DNA from: Candidatus Saccharimonadota bacterium | Lineage (GTDB): Bacteria; Patescibacteriota; Saccharimonadia; UBA4664 | Length of the DNA: 64,000 nucleotides | Direction: 5' to 3' | Assembly: GCA_019352195.1 (NCBI GenBank) | Contig: JACAFG010000002.1 | Span: 103,820 to 167,819, forward strand | Part shown: piece by piece, positions 28,548 to 38,094 of the stretch | How positions within the stretch are numbered: the first letter of the stretch is position 1 | How the letters are laid out: each line of letters starts with the position of its first letter | Notes under the pieces: model-generated | Database searches by the model: none | The model's input: the letters and a program-made list of their open reading frames with translations, nothing else | Told to the model about the DNA's origin: nothing | Program-made: the position numbers and the translations under genes

Positions 28548-30244
28548 GCAAAACCCATCCAGTCCAGGCAGAGTTGCCAGTGCCGTTCTATGAACGCCAC
28601 TGGTTTAATCGGACGTTTGAAATTCTGCCGGGTGCGCTTACCTATACCATTCTCATTTTGCCCATAGTTTTGAGTCTCACGGTACCAATTTTGATCGCCT
28701 ACTTTATTATCGCCTTTGATTTGTACTGGATGTTGAAGTCCTTTCGGCTGGGCGCAAATCTAATCCGAGGCTACGGGCGGTTACACCAAGCACAAAAGAT
28801 TAATTGGGAAGACCGTCTGAAGTGGATTAACAATCCCGCGGCGGCGCTGACCGCCAACGAAAGTCACATCAAAAGCTTGCTTACCGAACATCCGCAACTC
28901 GCGCGGACCTTTGGAAGCACTAAGTTGTCTGAGCGATCGGCCTACGAGCAGCTCAAACACAATGAGGTTATGATTCATGGTTTGATTGGTCAGCAAAAGA
29001 GTCTGCTCAATCCCAAAGATATCTATAATGTTGTAATTCTTGCAACGTATAATGAATCAATCGACATTCTTGAACCTTCGGTCAAGTCTCTCGCTGAGGT
29101 CGACTACCCGACTAAGCAGCTGATGCTGGTGATCGCCTATGAGGCTCGAGGTGGGGAACAGACCGAGCAAAATGCCCACAAGCTGGTGGCAGAATATGGA
29201 CATCACTTTGCCTATGCTGTGGCTATCAAGCATCCCGATGGCATTGTGGGTGAGCACCGAGGTAAGGGCGCAAATATTTCCTACGCCGGTCGGCAGCTGT
29301 CGGAGGAAATTATGCGGCAGGGGATCGATCCGGCAAACGTAATTGTTACGACTTTTGACTCTGATCACCGAGCATCAAAGAATTATTTCGCCTATTTAAC
29401 GTATTTGTACTGCACCGATGTAAATCGGATGCACCGAAGCTACCAACCTATACCGATGTTTTATAACAATATTTGGGACGCGCCTGCTCCTATGCGCGTT
29501 ATTGCGACAGGTAACTCGTTTTGGACGCTCATGGAAACTATGCGTCCGCATCGTCTGCGTAACTTTGCTGCCCACGCCCAAAGTTTGGCCGCACTCATAG
29601 CAACGGATTACTGGAGCATTACGACCATCGTTGAAGATGGACATCAGTTTTGGCGCTCGTTCTTTGCATTTGATGGTGATCACCAAGTGGTGCCAGTCTA
29701 TACGCCAATATTTCAGGACGCGGTGTTGGCTGATACGTATGCCCGAACCTTTAAAGTCCAGTTCCTCCAACTGCGCCGATGGGCGTGGGGTGCATCAGAT
29801 ATTGCTTTTGTAGCGCGGAAATCTTTCGAAAATCCGCGCATAGCTTGGAGCAACAAACTTGTTCAATGGGGCCGTTTGGTCGAGAGTCATTTTTCTCAGG
29901 CTACGGCGCCGCTGCTCCTAAGCTTTGTGGGATATTTGCCGCTATATCTCAACCACCGCTTTTCCTATGACGCGCTGGCGCACAACTTGCCGGTAATGCT
30001 GTCATGGATTTTGCGGCTCGCGTCTATCACTTACTTTATTACCATTGGTATTAGCCTTATTTCATTGCCGCCGCGGCCGGCTCGTTACAAACGGGCACGT
30101 AATATCGGTATGATTTTGCAGTGGTTTTTGCTCCCAGTGACGTCAATTATTTTCTCCTCGTTTGCAGCTATTAACGCTCAAACTCGTCTAATGTTTGGGA
30201 AGTATCTGGAATTTTATGTTACCGAAAAGTCGACGCGAAAATGA
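28544..30244 (+). CDS. Membrane glycosyltransferase family 2
   Basis: TYNE, GKGAN, DSD, EDG, QLRRWAWG motifs. Confidence 0.9.
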   Translation: MSKTHPVQAELPVPFYERHWFNRTFEILPGALTYTILILPIVLSLTVPILIAYFIIAFDLYWMLKSFRLGANLIRGYGRLHQAQKINWEDRLKWINNPAAALTANESHIKSLLTEHPQLARTFGSTKLSERSAYEQLKHNEVMIHGLIGQQKSLLNPKDIYNVVILATYNESIDILEPSVKSLAEVDYPTKQLMLVIAYEARGGEQTEQNAHKLVAEYGHHFAYAVAIKHPDGIVGEHRGKGANISYAGRQLSEEIMRQGIDPANVIVTTFDSDHRASKNYFAYLTYLYCTDVNRMHRSYQPIPMFYNNIWDAPAPMRVIATGNSFWTLMETMRPHRLRNFAAHAQSLAALIATDYWSITTIVEDGHQFWRSFFAFDGDHQVVPVYTPIFQDAVLADTYARTFKVQFLQLRRWAWGASDIAFVARKSFENPRIAWSNKLVQWGRLVESHFSQATAPLLLSFVGYLPLYLNHRFSYDALAHNLPVMLSWILRLASITYFITIGISLISLPPRPARYKRARNIGMILQWFLLPVTSIIFSSFAAINAQTRLMFGKYLEFYVTEKSTRK

Positions 30245-30281
30245 TAGGCTGTTAGGGTAAGCTAAAGCAGGAGGCGGGCAC

Positions 30282-31346
30282 ATGATAAACCTACTGGGCT
30301 TTGGGATGGCATTTGCCTTAACTGCAATTTTGACGCCCCTTGTACGCCGATTTGCGCTCGACCACAACATCATCGACGCTCCCAACGAGGAGCGCAAAAT
30401 TCATAAACATCCGATTGCCTATCTCGGTGGCGTGGCAATGTTTATTTCGTTTGCGGTTACCGCGCTGTGTCTGATGGCACCCAGCCGGCAACTGACGGCG
30501 TTGCTGATCGGCTGCGGTATTTTGGCCCTTATTGGAGCGATTGATGATATTCGCAAGTTATCGCCATGGACGAAGTTGTTTTTTCAGTTCCTGGCAGCAG
30601 GTATCGCGCTGGGCGGCGGCATCGGCATTACAACGATTTCTAATCCGCTCGGAGGCACAATCGATCTCACCGTGGGTCGATTTGGCGTAAGTATGTTTGG
30701 CCAGCATTTTCATATCACGCCGATTGCTAACTTCCTGAGTATTTTGTGGATGGTGGGGCTTGCTAACACCATCAATTTTTTGGACGGCCTGGATGGCCTA
30801 GCCGGTGGAGTCTCGGGAATTGGCGCCGTGATAATGTTTTTGCTGGCCATCAGTCCGCGCGTGAATCAGCCTGCAGTAGCGTTACTGGCGATTATTCTGG
30901 CAGGGGTAGCGTTTGGCTTTTTGCCGTACAATTTCTATCCGGCACGGATTTTTATGGGCGATTCGGGATCATTATTTTTGGGTCTGGTGTTGGCAATGCT
31001 GGCAATTTATTCGGGGGCCAAGCTGGCGACGGCCACGCTGGTACTGGGTTTTCCTATTTTTGACGCGGTTTGGGCCGTTACGAGGCGCATTGCCAAAGGT
31101 AAGTCGCCGTTTCGGGCCGATCGCCAGCATTTCCATCATTTGCTCCTCGATGCCGGCTTGAGTCAGCGTCAGGCCGTTCTTACGCTGTACGCCGTTGCTA
31201 CGGTGTTTGGTCTGGTGGCTCTGCGCGCGGGCTCGTTTGGCAAGCTGTTGGCATTTTTGGTGCTCGGAGTATTCATGACGTCAGCTATTGCATGGCTCAC
31301 GTTCGGCTCGAGGGCGCGAGCGCGTAAACTTCTTTCCAAAGATTGA
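30282..31346 (+). CDS. WecA/TagO (MraY-like) undecaprenyl-phosphate GlcNAc-1-P transferase
   Basis: GAIDD, NFLDGLDGL, FMGDSGS, DRQHFHH. Confidence 0.92.
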   Translation: MINLLGFGMAFALTAILTPLVRRFALDHNIIDAPNEERKIHKHPIAYLGGVAMFISFAVTALCLMAPSRQLTALLIGCGILALIGAIDDIRKLSPWTKLFFQFLAAGIALGGGIGITTISNPLGGTIDLTVGRFGVSMFGQHFHITPIANFLSILWMVGLANTINFLDGLDGLAGGVSGIGAVIMFLLAISPRVNQPAVALLAIILAGVAFGFLPYNFYPARIFMGDSGSLFLGLVLAMLAIYSGAKLATATLVLGFPIFDAVWAVTRRIAKGKSPFRADRQHFHHLLLDAGLSQRQAVLTLYAVATVFGLVALRAGSFGKLLAFLVLGVFMTSAIAWLTFGSRARARKLLSKD

Positions 31347-31407
31347 CCTCAGAAAAGCTCTCATTGGCGGGGAGAGTGGTAAGATAGTGGAGTAACGGGG
31401 AAGCGCC

Positions 31408-31740
31408 ATGTCTATGCAGCCAAGGTACCTCCAGGAACTCATTAAGAACTTGCAAGAGTTCTACAAGTGTCCTTCCTGCGAAACAAATTATCACTTTGAT
31501 GATATCCGCTTCCTCGGCGAGATTGATTTATATTGCTTTGTGCAATTGTCCTGCCATAGCTGTTCGTTGCCGGTTTTAGCCACGGTGAGCGTAAACGGCA
31601 AGGGGAACGCCAAGCATAAAACTGATCTGAAGCAAAACGAAGAGGCAAAGTTTGCTACTAAAGGTGCCATTTCGGCTGGTGAAATTGCCGAGTTTCATCG
31701 CTGGGTCAGCAAGGCACGGTCGTTTTCTAAACGTAAGTAG
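31408..31740 (+). CDS. Zinc-ribbon hypothetical protein
   Basis: CPSC...CHSC. Confidence 0.7.
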   Translation: MSMQPRYLQELIKNLQEFYKCPSCETNYHFDDIRFLGEIDLYCFVQLSCHSCSLPVLATVSVNGKGNAKHKTDLKQNEEAKFATKGAISAGEIAEFHRWVSKARSFSKRK

Positions 31741-31846
31741 GTAGGCAGAAGAACGTGCCGAAATGCTAGCGGTTAGGCGGCAAGTAGCATTTTGAGCGGT
31801 AATCAGGTACAATGGCGCGAGTTGTTTAATTGCTCAAGGAATTTTC

Positions 31847-32524
31847 ATGGATAAACTCATCCTCAACGCCAGCACTCGCACCGAGCGCGGCAAAAAACTC
31901 AGCAAGGTTCGTGCCAACGGCCTCGTTCCGGCTGTCGCATACGGCCGCGAAGTCGCTTCGGAGTCGGTTTCTATCGATGCTCGTGAGCTCACCAAGGTAT
32001 ACCGCCAAGCTGGCGGTAACAAACTAGTTGATTTCAAAATTGGTGACGGTAAGTCGCGCGGCGTAATTATTCACGAGGTTCAGCTCGACGGCCGTAGTGG
32101 TGCAATTTTACACGCTGACCTGTACCTCGTACGCATGAACGAAGTGCTGACGGCCGAAATTCCTCTGCACTTTGTTGGCGAGTCTACCGCAGTCTACCAG
32201 CTCGAAGGTGTGCTGCTGAAGAACTTGGAAACGGTTGAGGTAGAATGTTTGCCGGCGGATCTGCCAGAGAGCATTGAAGTCGATATTTCTGTTCTCGATG
32301 AGTTTGAAAAATCCATAAGTGTGGCTGATCTCGTTATTCCAAAGGGCGTAAAATTGCTCGTTGAAGACACTGAGACCCTGGTTGTTAAGGTCGAGGCTCC
32401 TCGCAGTGATGAAGAAATCGCTGAACTTGAGGCTGATCTTACCGAAGTTCTGCCCGAAGGTGTTAAAGAAGACGAGCCCGCTGTAGTTGCCGAAGAGAGT
32501 GGCGGTAACCGCGACAAGAAGTAA
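31847..32524 (+). CDS. rplY: 50S ribosomal protein L25/Ctc
   Basis: VPAVAYG, ILHADLY, IPLHFVGES, LPESIEVDIS. Confidence 0.95.
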   Translation: MDKLILNASTRTERGKKLSKVRANGLVPAVAYGREVASESVSIDARELTKVYRQAGGNKLVDFKIGDGKSRGVIIHEVQLDGRSGAILHADLYLVRMNEVLTAEIPLHFVGESTAVYQLEGVLLKNLETVEVECLPADLPESIEVDISVLDEFEKSISVADLVIPKGVKLLVEDTETLVVKVEAPRSDEEIAELEADLTEVLPEGVKEDEPAVVAEESGGNRDKK

Positions 32525-32671
32525 TTCCTTGTTGCGTACTCAGAGCCGGAGTGAATGCTCCGGCTTTTTGTTTGCGTCACAGTGGCATATTGACAAAATG
32601 GTTACGTTTTTTTATAATATCGCCAAAATCGCATCTCATTCTGATAGTTCCATCTACGAGAGGATCGTCCT

Positions 32672-33325
32672 TTGAGTTATACCGATGAGGTCCAAGGCCG
32701 CCCCTTCTCGGAGGTAAGCGGCAAGAGCCTGTGGCGCAAGTCGGCCCAGCAGGGCGACCGAGAGGCTGCAAAGCTGGCGGTCAATGAGTTCATTTTCATA
32801 TTCCGCACTTGTCGCCCGGTGAAAATTCAGCTAATTCTGTCGGCTGGCTTCATTGCGTTGGCCTACGTGTGGACATGGTTGATGTGGGACAGCGTCTTTC
32901 CGATGTCCAAGCTGGTCTGGTTCATCATGATTGTCTGCCTCGGTTTTATGGTCGAGGTAATCAACACGACCTGCGAACGGGTCGGCAATGCCAAAGCCGC
33001 CGACGCCAAGTCGGACCGCATTCGGCTGGAAATCGATCGTCCCGATCTCGATCCGGAGAAGCTACGGCAACGCGAACAGCTGCTCGAGATTCACTGGGGG
33101 CCTCTCGGTGAGAGCAGTTTTACCTTCTCAACGCCTGCACCCATATTGCGGGCGTTGGACCGGCATTACGACCCGTTTCAGAACGAGTATGACAAAGATT
33201 TGGAGCGCCGATTGCAGTTCAACAAGCATTCTAGGTGGATCAAGGATGGCGGCGCTGCCGTCACTACCGCGGTTGCTCTGGCAGCCTTCACCATCGAACC
33301 GCTGCTGATTTTTTTTCAGCACTGA
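32672..33325 (+). CDS. DgkA/UdpK-like membrane kinase with large loop insertion
   Basis: MVEVINTTCERV and IKDGGAAV match the DgkA ExxNxxxE and AKD motifs; 3 TMs. Confidence 0.7.
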   Translation: MSYTDEVQGRPFSEVSGKSLWRKSAQQGDREAAKLAVNEFIFIFRTCRPVKIQLILSAGFIALAYVWTWLMWDSVFPMSKLVWFIMIVCLGFMVEVINTTCERVGNAKAADAKSDRIRLEIDRPDLDPEKLRQREQLLEIHWGPLGESSFTFSTPAPILRALDRHYDPFQNEYDKDLERRLQFNKHSRWIKDGGAAVTTAVALAAFTIEPLLIFFQH

Positions 33326-33340
33326 CAGGTCCGCGTCCGG

Positions 33341-33372
33341 AACCGCTTCACCCTATCGGGTGAAGCGGTTTT
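33341..33372. terminator. Terminator between convergent genes
   Basis: aaccgcttcaccc-tatc-gggtgaagcggtt-tt. Confidence 0.75.
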
Positions 33373-33379
33373 CGCTGTT

Positions 33380-33826
33380 TTAAGAGTATTTTTTGAGCTC
33401 GGCGCGCATTTGAGCGTCGCTTGAAAGATCGGCATGATAGGCCAAAAAACGCATGAAGGCCGCCGTATTGAAATGTTTAAGAGTTACCAAGGTGATGTGG
33501 GCGACTTGTGCCGAAGTGAGCTCCCGCTGCTTGCTATCGAGAAGTTTAGCTTCGACGGTGTCGGTAACGGCGTCGACGGTGGTTTCTTTGGCGGCAATCG
33601 ATAAAAAGGCACCATAAATGCCGGAATAGAGCTTAGCGCGGCTGTAACGCTGTTTGCGGCCACTCTTTTTAACAACCTTGAGAAAACCCAGATCGGGCGC
33701 TTCATAGGTTGTGAAGGCCTCGTGGCAGCTCTGACAGCGCCTGCGGCGCCAGATCTGAGTGCCGAACTTAGTTACGCGGGAATTATAGACTTCTGTGTCG
33801 TCGGCGCGACAGTAGGGACATTTCAT
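33380..33826 (-). CDS. nrdR: Transcriptional repressor NrdR
   Basis: MKCPYC...RRRRCQSC..FTTYE; ATP-cone VVKKSG. Confidence 0.93.
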   Translation of the reverse strand: MKCPYCRADDTEVYNSRVTKFGTQIWRRRRCQSCHEAFTTYEAPDLGFLKVVKKSGRKQRYSRAKLYSGIYGAFLSIAAKETTVDAVTDTVEAKLLDSKQRELTSAQVAHITLVTLKHFNTAAFMRFLAYHADLSSDAQMRAELKKYS

Positions 33827-33941
33827 GACTACATGTTGTCATATGACTAATGTTTACACCAGTGGATAACGCTCGATTTTTGGGGACAAAAGGTTGCGCT
33901 ATCTGTTGGCGAGCGCTAAAACATGACTATATATCTGGCTA
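33826..33941. promoter_or_regulatory. NrdR-box-like palindromes (33826-33841, 33896-33911, ~33926-33941)
   Basis: tgaCTAcATgTTGtca, gcgCTAtcTgTTGgcg and actaTATATcTgGcta compared with consensus acaCwAtATaTwGtgt. Confidence 0.65.
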
Positions 33942-33999
33942 GGAATATTCTTTGGCCCTATTAAGCTTAAATTGTCTAATCCAAGGATCTGGAGGCACA

Positions 34000-34542
34000 A
34001 TGACAACCTGGACTGCGATTGAACGACCGGGATATCTCGGACGGCATCGAAATGAGCGTTACGCAGCGTACGATGAACAGTATGGTGCTGATAACTGGCG
34101 CCTGCGCTGGGCAGGCGGATACGTAACGGGCGGCATATCCACGGCAGTGATGTGGTACGAGGACGCCTACATGAACTTTTTCAGCTCACATGCTGCCATT
34201 GTCAGGCAGTTGGTGGCTGAAGCAAGCAATGTGTATGACGACGCGCCCAGTAATACGGCCAGTGGCGTTAATTATGCCGCGCAGGAGACAGGGCGAACGC
34301 ATTTGCAAGACATCGCCATCCGTCGCTGTTTGCTTCGGCTGGGGGTGTGGTTTACGGGTGATGATCTGATTCAGATTCGCGATAGTGCCGGGACACATTC
34401 GTTGAGCTTGACGTTGTCACCCGGACAGGTACCGTTTCACCGGCCAAACTGGATATACCAGCCCGAACTTACGGGTTGGTGGCAGTCGGGTAGCGTAGAG
34501 TCGTTTTACCAGAGCAATAAGTGGCTTCAGGTTCGAAGCTAA
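34000..34542 (+). CDS. Hypothetical protein divergent from nrdR
   Basis: GGAGG SD, 180 aa rich in W/Y/D/H, strong terminator 34557-34590. Confidence 0.75.
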   Translation: MTTWTAIERPGYLGRHRNERYAAYDEQYGADNWRLRWAGGYVTGGISTAVMWYEDAYMNFFSSHAAIVRQLVAEASNVYDDAPSNTASGVNYAAQETGRTHLQDIAIRRCLLRLGVWFTGDDLIQIRDSAGTHSLSLTLSPGQVPFHRPNWIYQPELTGWWQSGSVESFYQSNKWLQVRS

Positions 34543-34797
34543 TGTAATTTGGCCGCAATTGGCCGCCTCCCATTTGGGAGGCGGCCAATTTACCGTGGGC
34601 ATGCATGACTCATCCCCGGTCGCGCCTTATGGCGCGACCGGGGAAGTTGAGTTTAAGCCGCTAGCGATGGAGCCAGTACACTCCGAGGCTGGTGGCAATA
34701 GTGCCGGCTACGGGCTTGCAATACCGATCGCCGTGATCAAGCCGACCATCTTGCGTTCGGCTTTTGTATGGTTTATTATCTGTAGCGGGAGGCCAAT

Positions 34798-35058
34798 ATG
34801 CGCGAAGAAGTAAATGACTCGGTGAGCGTCTTGGCTTCGTTTGCGCCGGGGCCGCGTAATACCGTGCGGGTGACGCCACACATCTTAAAATGGCAGGGCC
34901 GTAAGTACAATTTGAGCACGATGGGTCTGTATCACCCCGAGCGCCGTGGTGATAAGCGGATTCATATTTTTGAATTTAGCTGCGACACCACCAAGTTTCG
35001 GCTGGAGCTAGATCCAGATTCGCTGATGTGGACGGTCACTGAGGTGTTTTACGCCTAG
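34798..35058 (+). CDS. Small protein of the type often found beside Y-family polymerases
   Basis: P-x3-W-x-G-R-x-Y...L-x-L-D-x5-W pattern; GGAGG SD; family call from memory. Confidence 0.6.
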   Translation: MREEVNDSVSVLASFAPGPRNTVRVTPHILKWQGRKYNLSTMGLYHPERRGDKRIHIFEFSCDTTKFRLELDPDSLMWTVTEVFYA

Positions 35059-35161
35059 AAGCGATGAACGTTAAGGTAGCTAGTTCAATCATTGCTCAAC
35101 GTAGCGCACCCCCGACGGCGCAAGGCCATCGGGGGTGGCGGACAGGGCTCGATTGGGTTGT

Positions 35162-35647
35162 TCACACAGCGAAAAAGTTGATGAGGCGGAACCAGTCGCG
35201 TTCAGCGGGTGCTGGAGCGATGGAAATCCCAGCCTCCTGAGCTCGGCGAACGTACTCGGCGATCCAGCTTTGGTATGCCTCCAGCGCGTCACTCCAGAGG
35301 CGAGACGTATCGCTGCCAAGATCGACCTGGATTTGGTCTTTCACAAGGGCAATCCCGAGATCGTAGAGGAAGACGGCCTGAGTTTCCAGAGCTTGCCGGA
35401 AACGGTCGGCGCCCCACCAGGTGGGTCCGCCGCCACTTACGACAGCAGCGTCATCGGTAGGCCGTTGATTGGGGTCGGCCGCTCGTACCTGACAGATTGA
35501 GATCACACTCATGGACATCTGGCAGATGAGGTAGTGCAATTGCTCCGAATCGCCAAAGGTCAGAACGGGCCGCGAGACCAGCGCAGCCGGTACGTCGGTC
35601 TTTACCGACTGGTCTCGAGTTGGTCCTAAGGTTTTGGAAAGACTCAT
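35162..35647 (-). CDS. Hypothetical protein
   Basis: TAAGGAG SD; GC hairpin downstream. Confidence 0.6.
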   Translation of the reverse strand: MSLSKTLGPTRDQSVKTDVPAALVSRPVLTFGDSEQLHYLICQMSMSVISICQVRAADPNQRPTDDAAVVSGGGPTWWGADRFRQALETQAVFLYDLGIALVKDQIQVDLGSDTSRLWSDALEAYQSWIAEYVRRAQEAGISIAPAPAERDWFRLINFFAV

Positions 35648-35728
35648 GACGCTCCTTACGAGCTAGGGTACTTGGGGGCGGATTAGTTTTAGCGCGGATA
35701 ACGTGGTTTTACCAGATAAGGATTAGCT

Positions 35729-37009
35729 TTGAATTTGCCGATTAACCCAGAAGTGCCCGAAATCATGCATATCGACCTGAATTCTGCCTTTGCCATGACT
35801 GAGCAACAGGCCAATCCACTACTGCGTGGCAAGCCCGTGGGCATAACTAATCGGCTGAATGATTACGCTATTTGTATTGCGGCGTCTTATGAGGCCAAGC
35901 GGTTGGGAGTGGGTCTTGGAACGAGACAGCGTGAAGGCCGTTGGCGTGCACCGGGGCTTGTGATGCTTGAGAGTGACGCGCCAAAATATCAGTTCGTCCA
36001 TCGCCAAATACGTACGATTTTTGAGAGTTATTCGCCGACAGCTTACATGAAAAGCATCGATGAAGGAGTTATCGATTTCCGGGGGATGCGGGGGCTTCTA
36101 AAGGGGCGCAGCATGGAAGATATTGGCTACGAGATTAAGCAGCGTATACGCGATGAAGTGGGCGATCACATGACGGTAAACGTGGGTATTGGCCAAAACC
36201 GGTGGCTGGCCAAGCTGGCGGCGGGTTTTCTGAAGCCTGATGGCATGTATAGCATTGACCGCGATAATTTGGCCGTCGTATATGGCTTGCTTCAGCTTAC
36301 CGATTTACCCTATATCGCCTCGCATAATAAAGTGAGGCTATTTGAGGCGGGCATTTATGCACCGCTGGACTTTTTCATGGCTGATGAAATTACGCTTACG
36401 CGCGGCGTGTTTCACTCAATTCTTGGTCATCACTGGTATCTTAAGCTGCGCGGTTACGAAACCGAGACCGAAACGGGCGTTCGCACCGTAGGGCGGAGTT
36501 ATGTGCTGGAGCATCGGACGAGGGATCCGGAGGAAATTGCTACCTTACTTTATAAGGCCGCGGTAAAAATAAGCCGAAGACTGCGTACCAACGATTTGGC
36601 TGCACGCGGGCTCATGGTGCAGTTTGGTTATGTTGGTGAGACGATGGGCGAGGGCTGGGAGCGTTATCGGCATCGTGGCACCGGGTGGAATGGTCGGCGA
36701 ATGTACCCTACAGCAGTACGGCGCGCCGATCAGCTTTATGCGAGAGCGCTCGATTTGTACCGCGAGAGCCCGCAGGATCAGACGCTGGCATCGCTCGTGA
36801 TAACGAGCTATGCCTTAGAGCCAGTACGCCATGATCAGCCCACATTGTATGAGAGTGAGGATGTACGCCGTGACCGGATCGAAAGCGCCATTAATCTTGT
36901 TAACGATAAATACGGCGAGCTCGTGCTCGCGCCGGCTTCGGTAAAAGCGTCGCGTAACCCTATGAAGGATAAAATTCCGTTTGGAACGGTTCGCTATTTT
37001 GATACTTAA
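35729..37009 (+). CDS. dinB: Y-family DNA polymerase (Pol IV/DinB-like)
   Basis: HIDLNSAFA, AASYEAK, SIDE, LAKLAA..KPDG, INDKYG-like C-terminus. Confidence 0.9.
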   Translation: MNLPINPEVPEIMHIDLNSAFAMTEQQANPLLRGKPVGITNRLNDYAICIAASYEAKRLGVGLGTRQREGRWRAPGLVMLESDAPKYQFVHRQIRTIFESYSPTAYMKSIDEGVIDFRGMRGLLKGRSMEDIGYEIKQRIRDEVGDHMTVNVGIGQNRWLAKLAAGFLKPDGMYSIDRDNLAVVYGLLQLTDLPYIASHNKVRLFEAGIYAPLDFFMADEITLTRGVFHSILGHHWYLKLRGYETETETGVRTVGRSYVLEHRTRDPEEIATLLYKAAVKISRRLRTNDLAARGLMVQFGYVGETMGEGWERYRHRGTGWNGRRMYPTAVRRADQLYARALDLYRESPQDQTLASLVITSYALEPVRHDQPTLYESEDVRRDRIESAINLVNDKYGELVLAPASVKASRNPMKDKIPFGTVRYFDT

Positions 37010-37084
37010 ATCGCTCACCGAGTGATCTCAGGTGAGCGATGGGGTCGTGATCGATACAACTATTTGTAGGTCGGTGACCGTGGG

Positions 37085-37486
37085 CTACTGGGCAGCGGCC
37101 ATTTCTTTAGCCTCAATGATTGTTTGTTCCTGCTTTTCGGCCAGCTTGGTTCTAAGCCACTTAGTGAGACCCCACGACTGCTTGATGACGCCAGTGTAGG
37201 CCTCAATCAGTTTATCGGTAGCTCCAAGGCTTTTGGCGCCGTCAAGCTGCTTTTGCGCCTGCTCGGCTTCGCGGCGTGCATCAGCCAAGGCGTCGAGTTT
37301 GAGGCGGTAACTGTATAAACGATGCGTCTCCATAATGTGATGGGACACGGCGGCGCTAGAACGGCGAAGGTCATTACCCAGACCGTAGAACTGGTCGACG
37401 GGAAATGTTTTTACGAGCTCATAGACTTCGTCTTCGAGGCCGCGGGCGGTTTTGTAAATTCGTAGCTGTTCGATTGTTTCAGCCAT
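37085..37486 (-). CDS. Four-helix-bundle protein (23S rRNA-IVP/bAvd-like)
   Basis: QLRIYKTA...VYELVKTFP..QFYGLGNDLRRSS. Confidence 0.8.
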   Translation of the reverse strand: MAETIEQLRIYKTARGLEDEVYELVKTFPVDQFYGLGNDLRRSSAAVSHHIMETHRLYSYRLKLDALADARREAEQAQKQLDGAKSLGATDKLIEAYTGVIKQSWGLTKWLRTKLAEKQEQTIIEAKEMAAAQ

Positions 37487-37560
37487 TATTGGTTCTCCTT
37501 TTCGTCTGGGTTTCGAGCACGGAACTTCCCAAACGTTTCACTTAATGCGTACTACCCACA

Positions 37561-37594
37561 CCGAGAGAATACCGAATATAAACCGAACAGTCAA
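37561..37594 (-). promoter_or_regulatory. Sigma70-type promoter with three 11-bp-phased TTCGG/CTCGG repeats
   Basis: Minus strand TTGACT-gTTCGGtttataTTCGG-TATTCT-CTCGG, 17-bp spacer. Confidence 0.65.
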
Positions 37595-37637
37595 GACATA
37601 AATTTGCCGTACACATTTGCGATGATGTACGGCAAAT

Positions 37638-37922
37638 TTAGTTAGTTTTGCTGGTATCAGAGGAGGCGTCGTCGCTAGTGAGTTTGAAAAGCTGTGGGTC
37701 GGACGACTCGGCTTGAGGAATAATACGGGATGCGTCCAAGGAGTCACGAGCAATCTCGGATACTTGTTCCTCACTAAGGCCGCGGCTCATTTCAGCTTGT
37801 AAGTCGTGTTCGTCGAAAATAGAAGGATCGATATCATTTAGATAGTCCGTAGAACCGGGAATTTCGGCATAAAATTCTTGATACGGTAACGGATAGTCAT
37901 CCAGTGGATCTGGTTTGGTCAT
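37638..37922 (-). CDS. Acidic hypothetical protein
   Basis: GAGG SD; terminator hairpin at about 37601-37638. Confidence 0.55.
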   Translation of the reverse strand: MTKPDPLDDYPLPYQEFYAEIPGSTDYLNDIDPSIFDEHDLQAEMSRGLSEEQVSEIARDSLDASRIIPQAESSDPQLFKLTSDDASSDTSKTN

Positions 37923-38094
37923 CTCTACCTCGACTTAAGTATGGTGGTTTGGTGCCGGGCAGACGCGCCACGAACATGAGTACTATCATAACCGGCAAAC
38001 GCCGGTTGGCACAGTTTCAATATGCCGAAATGCGGGCGCTTAGAAACGGACCGCTTTGGAACATGCACTATATTGTTAAGATCATGCGAAAAAA

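Noticed and set aside
37085-37486. Diversity-generating retroelement suggested by the Avd-like protein
   Set aside because: No reverse transcriptase and no TR/VR repeat pair with adenine-specific mismatches were seen in the window.
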